In this document: positions 52,710-64,000 of the stretch, in pieces
How positions within the stretch are numbered: position 1 is the first letter of the stretch
Layout: each line of letters starts with the position of its first letter
Source of the DNA: Eledone cirrhosa
Taxonomy: Eukaryota
Assembly: GCA_964016885.1 (NCBI GenBank)
Contig: CAXHJY010000694.1
Span: 1-64,000 of the forward strand
DNA: 64,000 nucleotides
Direction of reading: 5' to 3'
Program-made: the position numbers and the translations under genes
The notes under the pieces: generated by a model
What the model saw: the letters and a program-made list of their open reading frames with translations, nothing else
The model's database searches: none
Told to the model about the DNA's origin: nothing

Positions 52710-54250
52710 AACACCACCACCACCAGCAGCAGCATACACCACCAACACCACCACCAGCAGCAGCATACACCACCAGCAGCAGCATACACCACCAACACCA
52801 CCACCAGCAGCAGCATACACCACCACCACCACCACCAGCAGCAGCATACACCACCACCACCACCACCAGCAGCAGCAGTAACACCACCAGCAGCAGCATA
52901 CACCACCAACACCACCACCAGCAGTAGCACCACCACCAACACCACTACCAGCAGCAGTAGCACCACCACCAACACCACTACCAGCAGCAGTAGCACCACC
53001 ACCAACACCACTACCAGCAGCACCAACACCACTACCAGCAGCACCAACACCACCACCAGTAATATCAGCACCACCACCAACACCACTACCAGCAGCACCA
53101 ACACCACCACCAGTAATATCAGCACCACCACCAACACCACCACCACCAGCAGTAGCACCACCACCACCACCAGTAATATCAGCACCACCACCAACACCAC
53201 TACCAGCAGTATCACCACCACCAACACCACTACCACCAGCAGTAGCACCACCACCACCACCAGTAATATCAGCACCACCAGCAGTAGCACCACCAACACC
53301 ACCAACACCACTATCACCACCACCAGCAGTAGCACCACCACCACCACCAGCAGTAGCACCACCACCACCACCAGTAATATCAGCACCACCACCACCAGCA
53401 GTAGCACCACCACCAACACCACCACCACCACCACCAACACCACCACTACCAGCAGTATCACCACCACCACCAACACCACCACCACCAGCAGTAGCACCAC
53501 CACCACCAGCAGTAGCACCACCACCACCACCAGTAATATCAGCACCACCACCACCAGCAGAAGTATCAGTAACACCACCATGAGCACCAACAATGTCACC
53601 GCAACCACAAGACCACAGCCCCTAGGTACACCAAGACCACAGCCCCTAGGTACACCAAGACCACAGCCCCTAGGTACACCAAGACCACAGCCCCTAGGTA
53701 CACCAAGACCACAGCCCCTAGGTACACCAACACCCTCTCAACACTACCACTACTACAAACAGCGCCACTAAGACCATCACTTCCACCACCACGCTATCAT
53801 CATCATCACCACTGACAAACATCGTGCCATCGCCACCGCCACCGCCACAACAACACCATCACCTTACCATCACCATCACTTCCCCCACCACCATCACCGC
53901 CACTACCTCAACAACCACCACCGCCACCACAACAACCGCCACCACAACAACCGCCACCACCACCGCCGCCACCACAACAACCACCACCACCGCCACCACG
54001 ACAGCCACCACCACCACCGCAACAACCACGACAGCCACCACCGCCACCACAACAACCACCACCGCCACCGCGACAGCCACCACCACCACCGCAACAACCA
54101 CGACAGCCACCACCGCCACCACAACAACCACCACCGCCACCACTACAACCACCACCACCACCACCACAATACTACCACCACCAGCACCATACCACTACCA
54201 CACCACCACCAGCACAACAACAACAGTACCACCATACCATCGTCATCACT
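52710..54250. repeat. CAC/CAG triplet-based repeats plus 24-bp repeat CAAGACCACAGCCCCTAGGTACAC x4-5
   Basis: Direct inspection. Confidence 0.9.
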
Positions 54251-54399
54251 AAAATGTGATTCTTCTACCTTCGAAGCCCCACCCCGTCCCACCATTGCTT
54301 CTCATTAAGCTTTTCAAATGACCTTCTAAAATCTTTTGAAAAACCATAATGGTGACTGGAATAACTCATAGATTTAATAGGTTTACTACTCACTACACG

Positions 54400-55070
54400 C
54401 ACACGTCACACACTGCACGTCACACACTGCACGTCACACACTGCGCGTCACACACTGCGCGTCACACACTGCGCGTCACACACTGCGCGTCACACACTGC
54501 ACGTCACACACTGCACGTCACACACTGCGCGTCACACACTGCGCGTCACACACTGCGCGTCACACACTGCGCGTCACACACTGCGCGTCACACACTGCAC
54601 GTCACACACTGCGCGTCACACACTGCGCGTCACACACTGCACGTCACACACTGCACGTCACACACTGCACGTTGCCCAATACAACTAGCGACACACTACG
54701 TACTCCACACAGATCGAAGATACGACACACAACACTACACACATGCATTACACAAACACTGCCGTATTACACTGACACATTACATACACACTTTACACTG
54801 ACACATTACATACACACTTTACACTGACACTTTACATACACACTTTACATACACACTTTACATACACACTTTACATACACACTTTACATACACACTTTAC
54901 ACTGACACATTACATACACACTTTACACTGACACATTACATACACACATTACATACACACTTTACATACACACTTTACATACACACTTTACATACACACT
55001 TTACATACACATTTTACATCCACACTTTACACTGACACTTTACATGCACACTTTACACGTACACACACAC
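54400..55070. repeat. 14-bp minisatellites GTCACACACTGC(A/G)C and TACATACACACTTT
   Basis: Direct inspection. Confidence 0.92.
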
Positions 55071-55735
55071 ATTATACACACATTACATAAATCCACTTAA
55101 CATATACAAACCTATTACACAGTATAAACTCACATTATACACACCTATTACACAATAAACACACGCACATTATACACGGTATTGTGCTATGACAATCTTC
55201 AGAAACCAGAAAATTATTTTTTGTCAAAATTCAAAATAAAAAACGGATTAAATTTAATGGTGGAATGAATGAGTTATTAACTGTGTGTGTGTGTGTGTGG
55301 GGGGGGGGGGTTGTATATGTAAGTGTGTATGTAGGTGTGAGAGTAGACGTAGATCTGTGTAGATATGTGTGTGCGTAGATGTGTATGTGTAGTTATTTTT
55401 GTATGTCTGAGTGAGGGACTTTCGATATATATATATATGTGTGTGTGTGGGGGGGGGGGGGTCCGGTGTATTACTGTAGCATTTCGAGAGAAAAACACAC
55501 ACACACATAATATGTATGTGTGTGTACATATATATATATTGTGTGTGTACATATATATATATATTGTGTGTGTACATATATATATATATTGTGTGTGTAC
55601 ATATATATATATATTGTGTGTGTACATATATATATATATTGTGTGTACATATATATATATATTATGTATGTGTGTGTACATATATATATATTACGTATGT
55701 GTGTGTACATATATATATATATTATGTATGTGTGT

Positions 55736-55772
<37 letters not shown>

Positions 55773-56489
55773 GTATGTGTGTACATATATATATATATAT
55801 ATATATTATATGTGTGTACATATATATATATATATTATATATGTGTGTGTACATATATATATATATATATTATGTGTGTGTGTATATATATATATATATA
55901 TTATGTATGTGTGTGTACATATATATATATATTATGTATGTGTGTGTGTACATATATATATATATTATGTATGTGTGTACATATATATATATATATTATG
56001 TATGTGTGTGTACATATATATATATATTATGTATGTGTGTGTACATATATATATATATATTATGTATGTGTGTGTACATACATATATATATATAATATAT
56101 ATGTGTGTGTGTGTGTGTATCTGATTACCTGTTTGTATTTATATGAGCGTATGTGATTGTGTGCATATGAGTGTTTGTTGCGCGCATGAATACCTGAGAG
56201 TGTGCACATGTGTGTGTGTGAGTGTGTGCACATGTGTGTGTGTGTGTGTGTGAGTGTGTGCACATGTGTGTGTTTATCAAACGTTGCCCCATAAACATCA
56301 AAAGACCGAAATGTTGTTAACTGTGATGGTCAAACTGAGTGGAGAAATGGGTCCTAGCTAGGAGACAGCGTACACATGACATAACGGAGGACACACACAC
56401 ACACATATTTGTGTGTATATGTATATATATATATATTTGTTTGTGTATATATATGTTTGTGTGTATATATGTGTGTGTATATATATATG

Positions 56490-56530
<41 letters not shown>

Positions 56531-57489
56531 ACATAAAAAATTATAAACAATCAACGAAGTGTTAGAAAATTATAAAATACACATTAGGCAAAACAAACAA
56601 ACATACACATACACACACACACACACGTACGTACATACATACATACATACATACATACATACATACATACATACATACATACATACATACATACATACAT
56701 ACATACATACATACATACATACATACATACATACATACATACATACATACATACATACATACATACATACATACATACATACATACATACATGTATGTTT
56801 ATATGTACAGACACACAGACACACATGCATACATGCATGCATACACACACACACACACATTATTGAATATTTGGGTTTAGATATGTTTTCATCTTTAAAT
56901 TTCCCTTTATATTTCATATTTTAATATTGTTGTTGTTGCTGTAGGATTTCGTTTTTATCTTTTTTCTTGGTTTTAAAATTGTAATTGTTTTTATATTCTC
57001 ATTTTCGCAATTGAGCACCCCCCCCCCCCCCCCACGCGCACACACCCCACACAGCCCCCACCCCCACACATACACACCCCTACACGTACCCCCCACACAC
57101 ATCACTCCACATACACTCCCCCCACACTAAAAAACCACCCACCCCACCCCACACATCCACACACACTACACACACACTACACACACACCACACCCACACA
57201 CTATACACACACACACACACGTGTGTGTATTCCACTATTTTTAGTTTCAATTTTGTAATCTTTAAGACACAGAATTTAAAAACATCAGCAACAAAAGGAA
57301 TAAATAAATATTTAACTAAAATTATACAAAAGGACGTACATTAAAACAATTTCTATCATAAAACAACGACCTACCCCCATTCGATGGCAACACGCCCCCA
57401 CTACATCACCCCACGCCACCTACATCACTCCACGCCACCGCTAACACGACGTCCACTAATGCCACTATCGACATTACTGCCACTGTTAA

Positions 57490-58120
57490 CTACTACTACC
57501 ACCACCACCATCACCGCCACTACCACCTCCATCACCGCCACTACCATCACCATCACTGCCACTACCATCACCGCCACTACCACTACCATCACCATCACTA
57601 CCACTACCATCACCGCCACTACCACTACCATCACCATCACTGCCACTACCATCACCGCCACTACCACTACCACTTCCATCACTACCACTACCATCACCGC
57701 CACTACCACTACCACTACCATCACTGCCACTCCCTTCCCCACCACTCCCACCCTCTCTACCATTGTTACAACCAACACTACCACCACCAACACCACTGCC
57801 AGCACCACCACCACCACCACCGCCAACACCACCAACACCCCCACCACAGCCACCACCACCACTGCCAACACTGCCACTACCAACACTGCCACTACCAACA
57901 CTACCACTACCACTGCCAACACCATTACCACCACCATCATCCATACTACAATCACCACCACCATCAAAACCCAACCATTTAACACTATCGCCATCAGTAC
58001 CACAAGCACCACACCCTCCTCCATATCCACCACAACAACCACCACCACCACAACTACCAGAACAACCACACCCTCCACCACCACCACCACCACCACCACC
58101 ACCACCACCGCCACCATAAC
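57490..58120. repeat. (ACC/ACT)n low-complexity tract
   Basis: Direct inspection. Confidence 0.9.
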
Positions 58121-58280
58121 AACGATAAACCGGTCTGCCAGCCAACCTTTCGCTATAAAACATAAAATGATTTTTTTTTTTTTAGAAAATATTAAATAAA
58201 TAATATATATATAATTTGAAAAAAATAAAAAATAAAAAATATATATATATATATATATATATAAATATGTGTTATATATA

Positions 58281-58329
<49 letters not shown>

Positions 58330-58723
58330 CCAATATTATTATTATAAATACAATAGACAATAATAGTTCACCTCCCGAAAAAAATAAAACAAATTTAAAT
58401 AAATATATTTTTAAAATGTCAAACAAACAAACCAACAACAACAACAACACCACCAACAACAGCAATGTTGATACCATTATTACTATTATTACTATTATTA
58501 TTATTAATATTATTAATGGAATGAAATGTAGTTTTGGAGGTTGACCACCGTCACCATTGGGTGTTTTCCAAAGGAACTCGTCACATTTATTCGATATGGG
58601 AGTTGATGAAATGGGCTGACAGACTGGAGAGAACAAATACACGTATTTGTAACTTCGTATATATGTGTGTTTGTATATATATATATGTGTGTGTGTGTGT
58701 GTATATATATGTGTGTATATATA

Positions 58724-58819
<96 letters not shown>

Positions 58820-58917
58820 CGTGTGTGTGTATGTTTGTGTATGTGTTTATGTGTGTATATATGTGTGTATATATATATATATGTGTGTGTATATATGTGT
58901 GTGTGTGTATATATGGG

Positions 58918-58948
<31 letters not shown>

Positions 58949-59006
58949 ATATATATGGGTATATATAAATATATATATATGTGTGTGTGTATATGGGTAT
59001 ATATAT

Positions 59007-59059
<53 letters not shown>

Positions 59060-59455
59060 TATATATATATATATGTGTGTGTATATGGGTATATATATAT
59101 ATGTGTGTGTGTGTTTATATATATATGTGTATAATCACCTTCGCCACAACGAGACCACCAATACCATCCCCACTGCAACCGCAAATAAACACTTCATGAC
59201 CATCACCACAAATAACTATATTACCACTACCACCACATCACCCCGACGACGACCATCACCACCACTACTACTACAACCACCCCAACAACTACTTCAACCA
59301 CCACCACTACCATTATTATAGTTTTTGCTATTATTATTATCGTTATTACCAACAATAAGTCACCATTATTTTTCTGCCTTTTATTCTTTTAGTCTTTAAT
59401 CCATACCCTCACCCTCACCCAAACTGGTGGAAACACAGACATATACACACACACT

Positions 59456-59459
<4 letters not shown>

Positions 59460-59501
<42 letters not shown>

Positions 59502-60200
59502 ATATGTATGATATATGTATGATATATATATATATATGTGATATGTATGATATATATATATATGTATGATATATATATATATATATATGTATGATATATA
59601 TATATATGTATGATATATATATATATATATATTTGATATATATATGTATGATATATATATTTATGATATATATATTTGATATATATATGTATGATATATA
59701 TATTTATGATATATATGTATGATATATATAAATGTGATATATATATATGTGATATATATATGTGATATATATATGTGATATATATATGTGATATATATAT
59801 ATGTGATATATATATGTGATATATATATATGTATGATATATATGTGATATATATATATATGTGATATATATATATATGTGATATATATATATATGTGATA
59901 TATATATATATATGTGATATATATATATATATGTGATATATATATATATATATGTATGATATATATATATATATATATGTATGATATATATATATATATA
60001 TGTATGATATATATATATATATATATGTATGATATATATATATATATATGTATGATATATATATATATATATGTATGATATATATATATATATATGTATG
60101 ATATATATATATATATGTGATATATATATATATATGTATGATATATATGTGATGTATATGATATATATATACATATATATATGTGTGGTATATATATGCA
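59460..60200. repeat. TGA/(TA)n compound microsatellite
   Basis: Direct inspection. Confidence 0.92.
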
Positions 60201-60280
60201 CACACATTCACGCGTAAAAGCACCCTGAAAACAAACTTTATATATTAAACTAAAAATATCTTATGAAAACACACAAAAAT

Positions 60281-60319
<39 letters not shown>

Positions 60320-61160
60320 CATACATATACATAACACACACTCACCCATCCACTACGAGAAAGTAACATACACCATTTTGGATTTTATGGTCTTTCTATT
60401 TCTTCTGTTTCTCTGGGTGTATGACTGTGTGCGGGCGTGTGTGTGCGTTTCTATTTGTTTGCGTGTTTCTATTTCTTTGCGTGTTTCATTTTTAACGTCT
60501 GTCCTTCCACCCCGAACCAACTCCTGTTTTGCCGCCATTGCTACACACAGGTTACGTATTAATTTTTGATAGTTTGTCGCAATTTATAAAAGAACTGGGG
60601 GGAGGGAAACTGGCTTTGAAGGTGGAAGTGTGGGTGGGTTGGAAAGGTGGGTGGTTCTTTATTTGTTTTGTTACGTTCAATGTTTCTCACTCCCTGAAGA
60701 CACAAAATAACACAAATGAAAATCAAAATAACAAAAAAAAACCAAAGAAATCAACCAACAAAAAATGGCGTCTTTTTATTTATATATTTCATTATTTAAT
60801 AAATTTTAAATGTCTCCCGCGTTTCAAATTTTCTTCCATCTTTCTTTCTTCGTTTTTGATGTTGTTGTTGTTGTTGGTGCTGGTCTTGGTGATGTTTTTG
60901 TTACGACATTGTGAAGGTGGGGCAGGGAAGGTGAGAAGCAGGGGGAGAGAGAAAGAAGAGGGGAGAGGTTTATGATGGTGTTGGGGGTGAATTCCCTTGA
61001 AGTGCGCCTCCATATATCGATACCGTGTTGTCATGTTAGAGGCAGCAGACCTATGAAAATCAAGAGGTGAACACACATGCACGCACGTACACGCACACTT
61101 ACACTTTAATACACACATTATCACAGGCATACACACATACACACATACACTCAATGTTAG

Positions 61161-61308
<148 letters not shown>

Positions 61309-61679
61309 GACAAATACATTCTCACACTGACACAATACACACACACACAGGGAGTGAGAGATGCATTTCCACACTGGCGCAAAGAGACATGCATACACGT
61401 TTACATACATATAGACAAGCATACTTATACATATATAGACATACATATATAGGTATACATGCATACACATACAGGCAAACATATGTACGTACATATGCAA
61501 ACATATACACATTCACATACAAACATATACACATTCACATACAAACATATACACATTCACATACAAACATATACACATTCACATACAAACATACACACAT
61601 TCACATACAAACATATACACATTCACATACAAACATATATATATATATACATACAAACATATATATACTTACACATACA

Positions 61680-61715
<36 letters not shown>

Positions 61716-61794
61716 CACAAACATACATATATCCATACATATATCCATATATATACATACATGTATATTCCGTTTGTTATTTTCTATTATTATT

Positions 61795-62152
61795 ATGCTT
61801 TGACGTATAGTTACGGTCCTTGCCATTCTGAGTTCAAATCCCGCCGAGGTTAACTTTGCCTTTCATCCTTACGGGGTCGATAAAATAAAGTACCAGTAAT
61901 GTACTGGGTAATTGCTGGCCTTGTGCCAAAAGTAGAAACAATTATTATAGCTATTGTAAGGGTGGCGGATTGGCAGTATTGGTAGAGGGTCGGACACCAT
62001 GCTTTGACGCATAGAGTTACGGTCCTTGCCATTCTGAGTTCAAATCCCGCAGAGGTTAACTTCGCCTTTCAACCTTACAGGGTCGATAAAATAAAGTACC
62101 AGTAATACACTGGGATAATTGCTGGCCTTGTGCCAAAAGTAGAAACAATTAT
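61795..62152 (+). mobile_element. Tandem pair of SINE family A copies
   Basis: A truncated copy, then a full copy with GGTGGCGGATTGGCAG head. Confidence 0.9.
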
Positions 62153-62471
62153 TTGTATGTATTATTATTGATTTTAGTTTTGACATTTTGAAATATTTTC
62201 TCTTTTTTTAATTTACTTTGAAGTTGTTAATTGTTGTTAATTGTTGTTAATTGTTGTTAGTTGTTGTTAGTTGTTGTTAGTTGTTGTTAGTTGTTGTTGT
62301 TAATTGTTTTAGTAATCTATCCGACTGGTAATTGCGTAAACCGTGTTCGATTCTTGCTAAACCCTTTCGTTACGATATTTTTAATGAAAGATACTGTCGA
62401 TAATTTTCAAATAATTTTGAACAAAACTAAGAATTTGGAGAGATATATTTACGTACATAAATAACTTTTAT

Positions 62472-62846
62472 CTTAGGGTCTTAGGAGTAACGTTACTGGA
62501 TAAAGTACGTAGCTCGGAGATCAGAGAGTCACTCCAGGTAGAACCACTACTTCTCCGAATTGAGAGATCACAGCTCCGATACTATCGGCATGTAGTTAGA
62601 ATGACTAAAAAAAAAAAAAAAAAAAAAAAATCGCTGGATAGATTTTACGTGCAAAACCAGGAGACTCAGGAGAAGACTCCGAGCAAGATGGTTGGATAAC
62701 ATCCGTGAGCTTGACTGGTTTTGCTTCGAATCCAGCCGGATCAGTTGGAGACGGTTGCTTCTGACAGGACCCGCTGGAAGAAGTGTTTGAGGATTCTTCC
62801 CCACGATCCACTTGGGAATAAGTGAGCGAAGAACTACTACTACTAT
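62472..62846 (+). mobile_element. 5'-truncated RTE-X/Expander-like LINE
   Basis: LRVLGVTLLDKVRSSEIRESLQVEPLLLRIERSQLRYYRHVVRM...RARWLDNIREL.W...DQLETVASDRTRWKKCLRILP; (ACT)n tail; candidate TSD TATCTTA; internal ~A24 run. Confidence 0.85.
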
Positions 62847-63106
62847 CTTAAGTTGATGTTCGAAACGTTTCTTAACCCTTTCGTAGCCATATTTCTCACG
62901 AAAGACGTTGCCTATGATTTATAACTAATCCCGAACATAATTAAGACTTTGGAAGGATTTTCGTTATATTACTTTCTCATTAATCAGGTGATGTTTGGAA
63001 CATAACACTGTGGTTACCATATTTTTAATGATTTTCAAATATATTCTTTTAAATAATCCAGAATTTAGAGGGAATTACTTACATAACTAGATTTTCTTAT
63101 TATTAA

Positions 63107-63324
63107 CCATTTAGCATTCAAATTACTCTGTACTTACCATTGTATTTTCACAGAAAAGGCTTTACCTCACATAATTATCTCACATAGTATCGAATCTATG
63201 AGATTTTGATATTTAGTTTGAGAACAATAGCTTAACATTAGTATGAGCAACCAGTTATGGACTGTTTGAACAGAAAGAGGTGAGAGAATTCTGGTCAGAT
63301 ATGGCCGGTTTAAATGCTAAAGGG
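63107..63324. mobile_element. piggyBac-type MITE (218 bp)
   Basis: TTAA-CCATTTAGCATTCAAA ... TTTAAATGCTAAAGGG-TTAA. Confidence 0.85.
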
Positions 63325-63934
63325 TTAAGCTGGTGTTTGGGACATAACTAAAGGTTTTAATGGAATATAAATTTTTAATGATATTCTAATGGAATACAAT
63401 TTTTTTTAATGGAATATAAAAAATTTAATGAAATATAAACATTTTAAAACCGCTAGATTTATATCATGGATTCAATGGTGGTTTCAGGGGGTTTGGTATG
63501 AAAAGGGAAAAGTTCTCTCGATCCCTTTCCTTGGACACAAACACAGTGATACAATGACACAGTATTCGGTACTAACTTTACGACCTATTAAGTTTAACAA
63601 ATATTTTATGTTGGTATGTTATTGAGCTCACTGGCTCTAATGATTGACAGCAAGCTGCAAATAGGGACAATGTATAGGTACGGAGATAGGTAGGGTCAAT
63701 ACACCTGTGTTACGATTGGAAACACTCATTTATCTATTAGCCTATTTGATAAAATAGGAGGGGGAGTAAAGTACCCTTAACTGTTGATGGAATCGTAGGG
63801 ATGCCGTCCTGAAACACGACGTATATTGAACAGTTTCAACTTGGTGAAACCTATGTCTCTCCAGGTCGAAACACTGCCGATTTCTTCCAGAGGAGAGACG
63901 AAGGGAGAATGAGCCAGAGAGAGAGGAAGAACCA

Positions 63935-64000
63935 ATACTGAACTCAGAATGTAAAAGGCCGTAACTCTCTGCTGCAAAGCATGTTGTCCGATTCTCTAAC
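63935..64000 (-). mobile_element. SINE family A 5' part, running off the window
   Basis: GAACTCAGAATGTAAAAGGCCGTAACTCTCTGCTGCAAAGCATG is the reverse complement of the head. Confidence 0.75.

Noticed and set aside
52692-53771. 359-aa Thr/Ser-rich mucin-like ORF
   Set aside because: Triplet-repeat DNA open in several frames and on both strands; no signal peptide or complex domain.

Overview
Eukaryotic, AT-rich, extremely microsatellite- and minisatellite-dense DNA with no supportable host protein-coding gene. The long ORFs in the track are translations of simple repeats. The repeat complement points to an Octopus (coleoid cephalopod) genome; this is an inference. It includes two tRNA-derived SINE families (one with a CORE-like box), RTE, RTE-X, CRE-like and Dong/R4-like LINE fragments, a Chapaev-like transposase relic, a Helitron, and hAT, Tc1/mariner and piggyBac MITEs. 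The most notable signal is a set of minimal type-I hammerhead ribozyme motifs beside (TA)n tracts, arranged like Penelope pLTRs (hammerhead followed by AATAAA). One has a canonical core (51045-51115), two sit in the arms of a ~370-bp fold-back element (11903-12276), and several are decayed or palindromic relatives. Other notable items: SINE 5' and 3' ends amplified into minisatellites, a 147-bp higher-order repeat, a 3.2-kb polypyrimidine tract, and a strong strand bias of CT tracts. Coordinates were read by eye and may be off by a few bases.
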